A stretch of DNA of 64,000 nt from Candidatus Cloacimonadales bacterium (lineage in GTDB: Bacteria; Cloacimonadota; Cloacimonadia; Cloacimonadales; JAFGVF01), in contig CAXXJV010000001.1 in the NCBI GenBank assembly GCA_963663475.2, forward strand, positions 1,504,001 through 1,568,000, read 5' to 3'. This document shows positions 46,603 through 57,095 of this stretch, piece by piece. The notes under the pieces are model-generated. The model had not been told where the DNA came from. It saw only the letters and a list, made by a program, of their open reading frames with translations, and searched no databases. A program made the translations under genes and the position numbers. Position 1 is the stretch's first letter. Every line of letters begins with the position of its first letter.

Positions 46603-48265
46603 CAGGCTGTTGACAAACCTATTGTAATTAATAATATGATTTAATATAATACATAAAAAGTTGAATAATTAGCAATAAATATCTTGACATAATATACCCA
46701 TAATACTTTATTGTACAAGAGGTAAGATATGATTGAAAAAATAAATAGACAGACAGAAATTGAGATGGTAACCATCGAACAATTAGTAAAAGAAGACCAT
46801 CCTATAAGAAAAATTGACAAATATATAAATTTTGATTTTATATATGATAAAGTAAAACATTTGTATTGTTTGGATAACGGACGTCCAGGTATTGACCCTG
46901 TAAGATTCTTTAAAATGCTACTAATCGGATATTTATATGGGATTAAGTCAGAAAGAAAATTAGTTCTTGAAATAGAACATAGTACAGCCTTTAGGTGGTT
47001 TTTAGGTTATAAACTATTAGATAAGATACCTCACCATTCAGTTTTTAGCAAAAATCGACAAAGACGATTCAAGGATAGTTCAATATTTCAAGAAATTTTT
47101 GAAGATTTAGTCTTCATGGCACTGAAGTCTGATATGCTTGATGGCAAAGTATTATATACAGACTCTACACATACTAAAGCCAATGCAAATAACAAGAATT
47201 TCAGAAAAATAGAGGTTACCAAAACTCCCCAAGAATATGTTGGAGAATTAAATAAAGCAGTAAATGAAGATAGAGTAGCTCATGATAAGAAACCTTTCCC
47301 TGAAGCCGAGATTAAAGAAGAAACCAAGACAATAAAGCAAAGTACGACAGATCCAGATAGTGGAGAAATGAATCGTGAACGCAAGCCACGGGGTTTTTAT
47401 TATTTAGATCACAGAACAACAGATTCTCTCTTTAATATAATTACAGATGTTCATATAACTCCGGCTAATGTAAGTGATAGTACATGCTATATAGACAGGT
47501 TAAAATATCAGATTAACAGGTTTGGTTTTGATGTTGAAGCTGTGGGTTTAGATGCTGGTTATAATACAACATATATTTGTAAGGAACTATATGATTTAGG
47601 CATATTTGCAACAATGGGAAGAAGAAAAGCAGGAGGGAAAAAGCACTTTTTTAAGAAGAATAAGTTTAAATATGATAAAGATAAAGATATATGGATATGT
47701 CCTAATAATTGTATCTTAAAGTATTATACAACCACGAGAACAGGTTCAAAAGAGTATAAATCGTCAAAATCAGATTGTAAAAACTGTAAATATTTTGGGC
47801 AGTGTATAACTAATAAAAATGGAACTAAATCAATAAGAAATCATGTTTGGCAAAAATATAAAGATTGGGTTAAAGATAATACTAATAGTGAATATGGTAA
47901 GGAAATATATCGACGGCGAAAAGAAACTATAGAACGGAGTTTCGCTAATAGCAAAGAATTACACGGTTATCGATATGCTAAATTTAGGGGAATTGAGAAA
48001 ATGAAATTCCAAGCTTACATGACCGCTATAGCTCAAAATATCAAAAAAATGGCCAATATCCTCAGCAGACGTGGAGGTGGTGGAACCAATCCATTATCAA
48101 AATTTATTTTTTCACAAATGAAGTATTATATTTACATTCTGAAGTTCCAAATCAGTAAAATTAACATAAAAAAAGGCAAAACATAAATGACTCTTCAGAT
48201 TTATTTAAATTGCTAAAAACAGCGTAAATTTCTATTTAAAAAAGAGGGGGTTTGTCTACTACCTG
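46603..48265 (+). mobile_element. IS1182-family insertion sequence (1663 bp) with a 17-bp target duplication
   Basis: Imperfect TIRs caggctgttgacaaacc / ggtttgtctactacctg; direct repeat gaaccctgtaagggttt at 46586-46602 and 48266-48282. Confidence 0.9.
46729..48186 (+). CDS. IS1182-family DDE transposase
   Basis: GRPGIDP...LYGIKSER, DSTHTKANAN, STTDPD, DAGY, CP..C..C, YRRRKETIERSFA. Confidence 0.92.
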   Translation: MIEKINRQTEIEMVTIEQLVKEDHPIRKIDKYINFDFIYDKVKHLYCLDNGRPGIDPVRFFKMLLIGYLYGIKSERKLVLEIEHSTAFRWFLGYKLLDKIPHHSVFSKNRQRRFKDSSIFQEIFEDLVFMALKSDMLDGKVLYTDSTHTKANANNKNFRKIEVTKTPQEYVGELNKAVNEDRVAHDKKPFPEAEIKEETKTIKQSTTDPDSGEMNRERKPRGFYYLDHRTTDSLFNIITDVHITPANVSDSTCYIDRLKYQINRFGFDVEAVGLDAGYNTTYICKELYDLGIFATMGRRKAGGKKHFFKKNKFKYDKDKDIWICPNNCILKYYTTTRTGSKEYKSSKSDCKNCKYFGQCITNKNGTKSIRNHVWQKYKDWVKDNTNSEYGKEIYRRRKETIERSFANSKELHGYRYAKFRGIEKMKFQAYMTAIAQNIKKMANILSRRGGGGTNPLSKFIFSQMKYYIYILKFQISKINIKKGKT

Positions 48266-48810
48266 GAACCCTGTAAGGGTTTAATATAATGCCAACAAGG
48301 TAATATAATAAGTCTTTGATATACATGTGTTTTTATTAAACCCTTACAGGGTTACACTTTTTATATGCATCATAACCCAGGGTTGCGATACTTTCAGCAT
48401 CTTACCCTGGGCTAAACTATTTATCCCCTTTAGGGATATAAGACCTATCCCTTCAGGATTATGTCTTATTCAACTAAAAACTACTATCAACAGTACATTC
48501 TAATCCGTAAATTAGTGTAATACAATATCTAGTGCAAAATAATGCTAAATATTTTCCACCAGACTTGAACTTGAGCCTTTAAAAAGATAATCTCTCGAAA
48601 AAATATCAAAAAATGTCAAGAAAACATGAAATGTCCAATATTATCGACTTCTTTGAGGATAAGCTATTGGGGAGAGTGACTTGATGGTTGAACAGTCTCC
48701 AAGAAAAGCAGATAATCTTGAAATATATGTTGACAAATATAAAACAAAAAATATGGTGTATAATAACTAAAACAAAAAAAGAAGTTTTAACTAAATTAGG
48801 GGGATTGATT

Positions 48811-49203
48811 GTGGCAGATTTTGAAGTAGAGATGTTTATAGCATCTGGTCTTGGTGCTTTTTTTTCTATTTTTTTCTTATATAATTATGCAAGAGTTAGA
48901 AAAATTACTACAGATTTGAAGAAATATAAAAAAATAATTATATCGTCTAAGGGGATTGGTATAAGGGAAATTGCCGAGAAAATATTGAACTACAATGTGG
49001 CAATGAAACTGAGTATAGAAGGGGATAAGTTGATTTTTCAAGATAAACTATCTTTATCATCCTTATCGTGGGGCAAAATGTATATTATTACTGCCGAAGA
49101 GAGCAATATCAATCTATATTATAGAAATACCTTAGGTTTTTATAATGTTTATAAATTTGAGACACGTGAGATGGAGAATATCATTAAAATAATTGTGTCA
49201 TAA
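48811..49203 (+). CDS. Hypothetical membrane protein
   Basis: GTG 48811 after AGGGGG is a more plausible start than 48688, which lies inside a repeat; one N-terminal TM segment. Confidence 0.55.
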   Translation: MADFEVEMFIASGLGAFFSIFFLYNYARVRKITTDLKKYKKIIISSKGIGIREIAEKILNYNVAMKLSIEGDKLIFQDKLSLSSLSWGKMYIITAEESNINLYYRNTLGFYNVYKFETREMENIIKIIVS

Positions 49204-49247
49204 TTCATGTTACTCTAATTTACTCAACTAATAGTTTTGCTAATTAA

Positions 49248-51011
49248 TTAATTTAGGAAATTCCAAGACATCAAGACAGTGATAGATTGAGGAATAGTCC
49301 TATATCCAGCAATAACTTGTTCATCAAGAATATTCTTCCAATAAAGATTAATTTCAAAAAGTTTAGTAATTTGGAAACCAAAATATAAATCTAAGAGAGA
49401 GGATTCTGGGTGGAGAAGTTCAAGTTCTTGGTCAAACACTAAATAAGAATCAAAGAAGTGGTAGGCAGCTCCAACTTTAATATAGTTATTGTGGTTCACA
49501 TCCCTAGCAATTTCAAATGAGTTAGTTAGATTTGCTTTTGGTAGATAGTGAATATTTTCATTAGTATAGTCTTGATAAAAGCTCATTTGTGATGTTAAAT
49601 TAAAGGCATATTTTCCATAAGATTGGGTAAATTGGCCTTGAAACTGAGTTATGAGAGCTTGAAAATCTTGTTTATAAACAGTATTTAAGAGTTTAGTTTC
49701 AATTATCGAGTTTCCCAGAGTTAAAGCTAGACTAAGAGATTTTGATGTATACTTTAAAGATAATCCACTATTATTCTTTTCATTAAGATAGTAGATTGGC
49801 AGACTTAACTCTTGGCCTGTATCAGGGTCAATACCAGGGGAATAACCCTTAATAAGGTAGTTTTTCTGGATACTTTCTTTAAAGTTAGTAAAAGCAGTTA
49901 AAGACATATTTTCTTGAAAATTATAGTTAATGTCAGAATTAGTGATTAGCTGATAAGGATGAGTAAGTATAAGTCTATTAGTAAGATTAAACTTGTCATA
50001 ATTAGATTTTAGGGAAAGGTCTAGTAAATGGTCAATATCAGAAGAAAGGGAGTTTATTTCTTGACTATAGAAGTCTGTTTTGCCTAGAAAAGCTTCATAG
50101 TTAAAGTTTGCTTGCCAGTAATCAAAGTTTAAATCTTTACTCAGGAGAATTTGCAATTTATTTCTTTCTAAAGTCTTATCAGAAATTCCTTTATAAGTTT
50201 CAGAAAGATACTTAAGACCGAAATTGACTATATTATTTTTATAAAGGGCAGAGAGGCTTTGGCTATTATCTTCAAAGATAGAAGTTTTTAGCATAAAGGC
50301 AGGGGATAGTCGATGAAAAGGACCTTCATAAGCAATAGAATTGAAAGCAATATCTAAGCTAGAGTTAGAAAAAGGAATAAGAATATTAGCAGAGGAATTG
50401 GAAGCTAGCTCAGGTCCGTAAAAGAAGTCTCCTTTAGCAAAATTCATTCTGAAGTCTAAATTAAATCTATCCAAGAATTTATTCTTTTTGAGGGCAAAAT
50501 AACCAGTTCCCAAATCATAATCTCCAGTTGATGCCACAACTTCAATTGCTGTAACAGGTAGTTGATAATAGTCCTTAGTTAAATCAATAAAATAATCATC
50601 TTGAGATTCTTGATAGAACCTATTATAATTTTGCAATTTTAGGTAACTTGGATAGAGGGAATTAAGTTCGGTAAAGTTATCTCTTCTAATATGATAATTA
50701 TCACTAACTAAACCGAAGAGATGTCCTTGAATAGACCAATATAATCCTTTATTCTCATCAGCAATAAAGTTCCTTCTGCTTTCAGTCTTGTAGTCTTCTA
50801 CCTTAGAAAAAAGATCTAAATAATCAGATCTATCAAGTTTTTTATCTACATTTGCTAGAGAGTCAATAACTGCCTGGAGGCCAAGAGTATCACTGGCTAC
50901 TTCTTGTCCACTTAAAGAATCATTATCTGTTGGTAAAGCAAGATCTTGAGACCAGGCAAGATTTAGGACAAAGATAAGAATGATAATAAGAAGATATATT
51001 TTAAACTTCAT
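49248..51011 (-). CDS. Putative outer-membrane beta-barrel (porin/receptor-like)
   Basis: Signal peptide; amphipathic strands; C-terminal NILD...P......MSWNFLN resembling putative porins. Confidence 0.6.
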   Translation of the reverse strand: MKFKIYLLIIILIFVLNLAWSQDLALPTDNDSLSGQEVASDTLGLQAVIDSLANVDKKLDRSDYLDLFSKVEDYKTESRRNFIADENKGLYWSIQGHLFGLVSDNYHIRRDNFTELNSLYPSYLKLQNYNRFYQESQDDYFIDLTKDYYQLPVTAIEVVASTGDYDLGTGYFALKKNKFLDRFNLDFRMNFAKGDFFYGPELASNSSANILIPFSNSSLDIAFNSIAYEGPFHRLSPAFMLKTSIFEDNSQSLSALYKNNIVNFGLKYLSETYKGISDKTLERNKLQILLSKDLNFDYWQANFNYEAFLGKTDFYSQEINSLSSDIDHLLDLSLKSNYDKFNLTNRLILTHPYQLITNSDINYNFQENMSLTAFTNFKESIQKNYLIKGYSPGIDPDTGQELSLPIYYLNEKNNSGLSLKYTSKSLSLALTLGNSIIETKLLNTVYKQDFQALITQFQGQFTQSYGKYAFNLTSQMSFYQDYTNENIHYLPKANLTNSFEIARDVNHNNYIKVGAAYHFFDSYLVFDQELELLHPESSLLDLYFGFQITKLFEINLYWKNILDEQVIAGYRTIPQSITVLMSWNFLN

Positions 51012-51077
51012 AAAAGAAATCCTTTTATATTAATTTGTTCAATAAAATATAAAAGGATAAATCTAACAAGAAAAAAA

Positions 51078-51821
51078 TTAGAAACTACCGATTTCAAAGA
51101 ATTCTTCTACTTGTGGGATTCCAGACTTCTTAGCTTGCTCAAGGCTACCAGTGAAGAGGAGTTTACCCTTATGTAAATAGATTATTCTATCTGCAATTCT
51201 GTGAATTGATGCTAATTCGTGAGTAACAATAACCATAGACATGTTTAATTGATTCTTAAGATTGATAATTAACTCATCTAAATCTGCACTTGTCACAGGG
51301 TCTAGTCCTGCTGAAGGTTCATCACAGAAGAGTATTTCAGGTTCAAGAGCTAAAGCTCTAGCCAAAGCTGCTCTTTTTTTCATTCCTCCAGATAATTCTG
51401 ATGGTGTAAGATATACTGCATGGTCTAAATTAACCAAGTGGAGTTTTGTTTTAATAATTCTATCAATAATTTCAGGAGTAAGATTAGTATGCTGTTCTAA
51501 AGGAATAGCTACATTATCATAAACTGATATTGAGTTTAGTAGGGCTCCATTTTGAAAGAGCATACCCGTCCGTTTTAAAATCTCATCAAAGGCTTCTTCT
51601 TCCATATTTGTAACATCCTGTCCTAGAATCTCAACCTTTCCTGAGTAAGGTTTGTACATTTTTAAGATATTTTTTAAGAGAGTTGTTTTACCACAGCCAC
51701 TAGTTCCAAGGATAACAGTAACTTCACCTTTATACATCTCTACCGAAATACCATCGAGAACAGTTTTATCACCATATTTGGCAATCAGATCATTAGTTTT
51801 GATTATTATTTCTTTTTTCAT
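51078..51821 (-). CDS. mlaF: MlaF/Mkl-family ABC ATPase
   Basis: GTSGCGKTT, GMLFQNGAL, PSELSGGMKKRAALARA, DEPSAGLDP. Confidence 0.9.
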   Translation of the reverse strand: MKKEIIIKTNDLIAKYGDKTVLDGISVEMYKGEVTVILGTSGCGKTTLLKNILKMYKPYSGKVEILGQDVTNMEEEAFDEILKRTGMLFQNGALLNSISVYDNVAIPLEQHTNLTPEIIDRIIKTKLHLVNLDHAVYLTPSELSGGMKKRAALARALALEPEILFCDEPSAGLDPVTSADLDELIINLKNQLNMSMVIVTHELASIHRIADRIIYLHKGKLLFTGSLEQAKKSGIPQVEEFFEIGSF

Positions 51822-51823
51822 AA

Positions 51824-52900
51824 TTATAAATAGATAAGGCTAAATGCTGCATCAGCTAGGATTACAGCAAAGATTGAAGTAACAACAGAGCTGGTAGTAG
51901 CTTTACCTACACCCTCAGCACCACCAGTAACTTTCATTCCGTAATAAGCACCGATAATGACGATTAACCAGCTGAAAGAGATAGTTTTAATTAGAGTAAT
52001 TATAATGTCTTTAACTGCTAAAATATTAATTGATCTAGAAATATAGACTTCTAAAGCAACGTCTAAAAAACCCACTGAAATCAGGAGACCTGCTCCCATG
52101 GAGATTAGAACTGAAAAAGCTACTAGCATTGGCATGGTAAGTGTGATGGCATGAAACTTGGGTACTATAACATACTTTATGGGGTTTAGAGCCATCATTT
52201 TTAGTGCATCAAGTTCCTCAGTAACCTTCATTGTGGCTATTTCAGAGGCAATTGCTGAACCAGATCTACCAGCAATAATAATTGCTGTAATGAGGGGCCC
52301 CATCTCTCTTACTATGGAAATACTTAAGAGGTCTGCAATATAGACATTTGCACCGAATTTCTGCAGTTGGAAACCTGATTGAAGAGTGAGGATAAAGCCA
52401 ATAACAAAAGATAGAAGAGCAACAATTGGTAAGGCATCAAGTCCGATTGCTATTGCTTGTTCTGTAACCGCACCTTTTCTTCTTCCTTTTTTATTGACTA
52501 GTCCATTAATACTCCACCAGATAGTATCTGAAGCTAGATATAGTCCATCTACAAGTTGATTTATCAGGGATAAGAGACTATCTCCAGCTTTAACAAAGAT
52601 GTTATCTGCTTTGGGCTTTTCAGGTTTTTCTCCCTTGCTAGTCGAGAAAATCTCAATAGTTTTCATAATAGACTCATTACCTGCTTCTAAGGCATCATTA
52701 GTCAATTCCTGCCTATCAAGAATAGTTTCAATTAGGGATACACCAGCACCATCGATCTCTTCAACATTAGCCAGATTAACTTTATTAAGCTTGGTCTTGG
52801 CATAATTTTGATCATAATCTTTTAGCAAAGCTGTTATATTAGCAATTAGTATTTTACCAGATAAGTAGAGGCTTTTGTCTTTTACTTTTAATTGAGCCAT
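51824..52900 (-). CDS. mlaE: MlaE permease with an N-terminal STAS (MlaB-like) domain
   Basis: REMGPLITAIIIAGRSGSAIASEIATMKVTEELDAL; GGAEGVGKATT; N-terminal L..V..ID.AG. Confidence 0.9.
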   Translation of the reverse strand: MAQLKVKDKSLYLSGKILIANITALLKDYDQNYAKTKLNKVNLANVEEIDGAGVSLIETILDRQELTNDALEAGNESIMKTIEIFSTSKGEKPEKPKADNIFVKAGDSLLSLINQLVDGLYLASDTIWWSINGLVNKKGRRKGAVTEQAIAIGLDALPIVALLSFVIGFILTLQSGFQLQKFGANVYIADLLSISIVREMGPLITAIIIAGRSGSAIASEIATMKVTEELDALKMMALNPIKYVIVPKFHAITLTMPMLVAFSVLISMGAGLLISVGFLDVALEVYISRSINILAVKDIIITLIKTISFSWLIVIIGAYYGMKVTGGAEGVGKATTSSVVTSIFAVILADAAFSLIYL

Positions 52901-52906
52901 AATAAT

Positions 52907-55027
52907 TTAGAAGAAGTAAGATAATCTGATAAATGAGCTAGTTCTATAGACAAAATAGTCTTTGATATTCTCATTATAATTTACATCAAATCGGAAATCC
53001 CAGGAGACATTTCTGATAAGCTTTATGTTGAAGACATTAACAAATTCAAAAGTTGGATTTTCTTGTCCTTGTAAAGGAATAAGTAGGTCAGCAGTTGAAG
53101 ACCAGCTAAGTCTTACCTGAGGTATATTAACATTTGCAACAATAGAAGTTGCAACACCTTTAGTTGAAGTATCATCTAATCTCCTATAGGTACGATAGCC
53201 AGTAGCATCATCATCGCCCTCATAGACAAGTACATCGCTATTGTAGGTCTGCAACCAACCTAAACCAGCTCTAAAGTTAATATTTCCATACTTACCATTA
53301 TTGATTCTATAGTTAAGTCCAATATCTTCCTTGAGAGTAAGTGGGAAGATAGGATTTTGCATTTTAACCCGATCTTTATTAAAGAGGGTATCAATATAGG
53401 TTCCAGATTCATCCTTGATAATATAATTTGAGTCTGTAGAGAAGTAAGTATGTTTAGGGAAGAAGTGAGAATTAGTATCAAATCTACCATAGAAACCTAA
53501 TTGATTCCAAATATTGTAGATAAGTGTATTATTAAATCTAAAATCATCTACAGAAATTTTTAAGTCTTGTTCAGATTCTTTATTAAAACCTAGTTCCCAG
53601 TCTATTCTACCTTCATAATCAATATTATCTCTTTGATAGTACATTTTTCTATCAAACTGACTGCTCATAGTAAGGTTTTCATCAAAAGAATTTTCTTCAT
53701 CTTCATTATTAACATTGATATTGAAGTTTAAATGAAAGGCATTTTGAGTTGACCAGAAAGTTTTGAGGAGATTATCAGTTTCTTGAGGGTGAATTCCAGC
53801 CCCGAGTAGTTTCCCATTAGCTCCAGCAGGATCTACTACAATTGTTAAATTATAATGTTTGTTAGGTTCTAAATCTATGGTAGTAAAATCTACATAAGAA
53901 GAAAAAGATGCTCCATCAATGGTTATGAAGTAGCGACCTGCTTCCAAAATCCAGACACGATTTTCTTCACCTGCTTCATCTGCAGCTGAAAAATCAAAGC
54001 CAATAGCTTCATTTGAATCCCCTTCATAAATGTCATAGTTCATTCTCACCTTATTTTTACTGGAATCAATAATATTTATAATTAATGAAGACCAGTTTGG
54101 AGTAACTATAGTTCTATACTTAGGTTTAATCTCGATTGGATAAGGTATTTCACGCTCCTGACCCTGTCCTAAATAAAGTGTATATTTACCCACAGGTAGG
54201 GTGATTATTTCTCCCATGGAGATGATTGTATCAAAAGAAGTATCATTACTCTTAACTAGAACCTTAGGAGCATTAGAAGAGTTAGATAGGTTAGGGACTG
54301 TTAGTTCACCATTAGTGTCTTCTATACCTTCAATTATGATAGATTTATAAATGTCATCATAATCAACTACTTCCATGTTGAGTTCAGGAATAGCAGTTTT
54401 GCTTTCAATCCCTTCATCAAAGTAGTCTTTAGCTTTAAATAGGAAATTATCATACTCTTCGGCAATGATTTCTGAAAAAGTTTGGACTACAGAGCTCATT
54501 CTAGAATCAAGAACTTGGATGGTTCTATTTGATCTATGAACAACTACAATTCTCTGTTTGGCATTTCTAAGATAAAAATCAATTCTCACATGAGCAGATA
54601 CCTGGTCGTTAGTATTAACTTTTTCAATATTGCCTACAAAAGAATCAATGTAATAGTCTGGAACAGAGGTAAATAAATCTCTTTGAACACTTTCAAAAAA
54701 GTTATATCTATTTGTTTTTTGCAGGAGTAGCTGCGGAACAGCATTATAAAGTTTGTCAGCCCATAAATCAGTTTCAGAATAAGAAATTGTATTGATTGAG
54801 TTCTTCTCTACAATCTGATTTCTTTGGTAAGAACGAGGAATTTGTGATTCAGTAATCTCTACAGTGTAAGGATAAGGCGTAGTCATCCTTAGCTCTTCTT
54901 TATCTAAATGTGGAAAGTAGTCTAAAATGTAGTGATTTACTTCCTTAACTTCTCTATTACTTGAACAGCCAGTAAAGGCAAGTGATATTAAAACTAACAA
55001 TGATATTAAATAAATTATTTTTTTCAT
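52907..55027 (-). CDS. Lipoprotein with an N-terminal PqiC/ABC_trans_aux-like domain fused to a probable C-terminal beta-barrel
   Basis: FTGC lipobox; HYILD...Y.RNQIV.....Y....WAD PqiC-like pattern; amphipathic C-terminal strands ending RLSYFF. Confidence 0.65.
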   Translation of the reverse strand: MKKIIYLISLLVLISLAFTGCSSNREVKEVNHYILDYFPHLDKEELRMTTPYPYTVEITESQIPRSYQRNQIVEKNSINTISYSETDLWADKLYNAVPQLLLQKTNRYNFFESVQRDLFTSVPDYYIDSFVGNIEKVNTNDQVSAHVRIDFYLRNAKQRIVVVHRSNRTIQVLDSRMSSVVQTFSEIIAEEYDNFLFKAKDYFDEGIESKTAIPELNMEVVDYDDIYKSIIIEGIEDTNGELTVPNLSNSSNAPKVLVKSNDTSFDTIISMGEIITLPVGKYTLYLGQGQEREIPYPIEIKPKYRTIVTPNWSSLIINIIDSSKNKVRMNYDIYEGDSNEAIGFDFSAADEAGEENRVWILEAGRYFITIDGASFSSYVDFTTIDLEPNKHYNLTIVVDPAGANGKLLGAGIHPQETDNLLKTFWSTQNAFHLNFNINVNNEDEENSFDENLTMSSQFDRKMYYQRDNIDYEGRIDWELGFNKESEQDLKISVDDFRFNNTLIYNIWNQLGFYGRFDTNSHFFPKHTYFSTDSNYIIKDESGTYIDTLFNKDRVKMQNPIFPLTLKEDIGLNYRINNGKYGNINFRAGLGWLQTYNSDVLVYEGDDDATGYRTYRRLDDTSTKGVATSIVANVNIPQVRLSWSSTADLLIPLQGQENPTFEFVNVFNIKLIRNVSWDFRFDVNYNENIKDYFVYRTSSFIRLSYFF

Positions 55028-55038
55028 AGCTTCCCCTC

Positions 55039-55998
55039 TTATTCTCCTCTTAATAAAATGGTTGGATTATCATTTATCTGTTTAGAAAACTCATTTAAAT
55101 TTTCCATAGCTTCTCTTGCTGAATCTAAGATTTCTAAAATATCTCTTCTAGAACGGATAACAGTGTTGTCAACAGTTTTCATCATTGACTCAAGTCTTAC
55201 TATTGATGAATTTAAGCTTGTAACTAAGACATCTAAGTCTGCATCAGCTAAGTCAGTTGATATTGTATCAAGGTTGGTAATTATATTATTGATTGATCCA
55301 TTGCTCAATATCTTATTTACAGATGATATAGATTGGGTGGTAGCTGTAACAAGTGTATCTAGTTTAGCATCAAGAACATTAGTAAATTTAGCTACATCAC
55401 CAGAAATAAGTTCAAGATTTCGCATAGTACCTTCCAAAGTAGAACGATTTTCAGTAAGTATATTATCTAAATTAGTGATGATTGATGCCATCCTATCAAT
55501 ATTATCTTGGTCTGCTAAATTGTTTAAACTTTTTATTAAGGCATCTAGTTGTTCAGTGATCGAAACAGCTTTATTGGTAATGGTTCCAAAAAGAGATTTC
55601 TCAACTTCAATATAAGATTTTGGTGATAAGAGTTTTGATTCATTGGTTCCACCTTTAATCTCAATAGCATTTAAGCCTGTTATACCCACAGGGGAGAGAG
55701 AGGCTCTAGCATCACTTTTTATAGGTGTACCACCTTTTATACTGATGGTAACAATAATTGACGTTACATCATCAGGTGAGATTACTATATCATCAACTCT
55801 ACCAACACCTATTCCTTGATAGTTGACCTTGCTTCCTACATCTAAACCACCTACTGATTCATCGTGAAAGTTGATGTAGTAGATATCTCTTTGCTGGGAA
55901 AGACTTGCCCCTGCTATGACTGCAACAGTGATGATTATCAGAGAAAAACCAGTTATTAAAAAGACTCCTAAACGAAATTTCTGAGCTTTATTTGCCAT
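55039..55998 (-). CDS. mlaD: MCE/MlaD-family protein with a helical C-terminus
   Basis: ESVGGLDVGSKVNYQGIGVGRV, GITG...IEI.GG; long amphipathic helical region ending NPTILLRG. Confidence 0.88.
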   Translation of the reverse strand: MANKAQKFRLGVFLITGFSLIIITVAVIAGASLSQQRDIYYINFHDESVGGLDVGSKVNYQGIGVGRVDDIVISPDDVTSIIVTISIKGGTPIKSDARASLSPVGITGLNAIEIKGGTNESKLLSPKSYIEVEKSLFGTITNKAVSITEQLDALIKSLNNLADQDNIDRMASIITNLDNILTENRSTLEGTMRNLELISGDVAKFTNVLDAKLDTLVTATTQSISSVNKILSNGSINNIITNLDTISTDLADADLDVLVTSLNSSIVRLESMMKTVDNTVIRSRRDILEILDSAREAMENLNEFSKQINDNPTILLRGE

Positions 55999-56803
55999 AG
56001 TTACCTACCATTAATCTTCCTTCTAAAATTGTAATTGCCTGTCCCTCAATAGAGACACTAGCTTGTTTATTTATCAATCTCATTTGACCTCCTCGATGAG
56101 ACATCTGTTCCAAATCTATTTCATCTGTTTTAAGATTCTCAAACCAATATTCAGATGCAACTAAAGCTGCTGAACCTGTAACTGGATCTTCAGGAATACC
56201 TTCCCAAGGATCAAAAAACCTCATTTTAATCTTCTTATCCCGATAGTTGCAAATAATGAGTCCTCGGATATTAGCCATGATTCTATTTAAAGCAAATATC
56301 TTTTCCAAATCTACTCTTACTTCTTCTAATTTAAGCTCATTGGAAGTTAAAACAAGTAAATAATTATTCTTTTCACTAAAGAATATATCAGCTTTAATCG
56401 AAAAGTTAAAGAAAGATGCTATATCACTATAGTTATCTATTTTTTGTAACTTATCTTTAGGGAAGTTCATACTTATCCAGTTATCTTGCTTATAACATGC
56501 TAAGTTTCCATACTTGGTTGAGAAGTTAACAGAATTAGCTTGAGGATTGATATAATCAAAATATATCTTTCCACTAGCTAATGTTGCATGCCCGCACAAG
56601 CCCACTTCTGTCTGCGGAGAAAACCAGCGAAGACTTATGTTATTCCTATCTTTTATCAGAATAAAAGCAGTTTCTGAAAAGCCAATTTCACAGGCAATGC
56701 TTTGCAATAGCTTGTCAGAAAGTGAGTTATCTAGCAAGACTACTGCTGCAGGGTTTCCCCTAAAGGCCTGATTAGTAAATGAATCAACATAATATATTTT
56801 CAT
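55988..56803 (-). CDS. PhzF-family isomerase/epimerase
   Basis: VDSFT...F.GNPAAV, SETAF, RWFSP..EV.LCGHATLA, EDPVTGSA. Confidence 0.9.
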   Translation of the reverse strand: MKIYYVDSFTNQAFRGNPAAVVLLDNSLSDKLLQSIACEIGFSETAFILIKDRNNISLRWFSPQTEVGLCGHATLASGKIYFDYINPQANSVNFSTKYGNLACYKQDNWISMNFPKDKLQKIDNYSDIASFFNFSIKADIFFSEKNNYLLVLTSNELKLEEVRVDLEKIFALNRIMANIRGLIICNYRDKKIKMRFFDPWEGIPEDPVTGSAALVASEYWFENLKTDEIDLEQMSHRGGQMRLINKQASVSIEGQAITILEGRLMVGNYGK

Positions 56804-56957
56804 AAATCAAATTAAATATAAGATGATAATTAAGTCAAGAAATATGAATAATAAAAGCTTGACTTTTAGTTTTACATCTTTGAATTTTAGTTAATAATAT
56901 GGTTCTCACAAGTAGACTGGACTTACTCAACCCAAGGTAAGGTACTTCAGACGGAGA

Positions 56958-57024
56958 GACCTTTGTGAATAGCACATATTCTTCTGCACTCTTCACTAAA
57001 GTTCTACTACACTATCTGGGATAA
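56958..57024. repeat. Internally deleted family A repeat
   Basis: gacctttgtgaatagcacatattcttctgcactcttcactaaagttctactacactatctggg. Confidence 0.8.
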
Positions 57025-57095
57025 AAAAGCAGTAAATCAATGTAAAACAATTATAGTTTTGATAAAGATTTACTGCTATAAGGTAAATTAGCTTT

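Larger units (their letters stand above)
46439..48578. mobile_element. Putative non-autonomous element bounded by 25-bp perfect inverted repeats, enclosing a REP-like palindrome and the IS
   Basis: aggctcaagttcaagtctggtggaa at 46439-46463 and its exact reverse complement at 48554-48578; solo copies near 12673 and 17383. Confidence 0.65.

Noticed and set aside
48688-48810. Extended N-terminus of the 171-aa ORF
   Set aside because: The TTG start lies inside a repeated non-coding block and spans a TTGACA promoter-like site; GTG 48811 has a better RBS.
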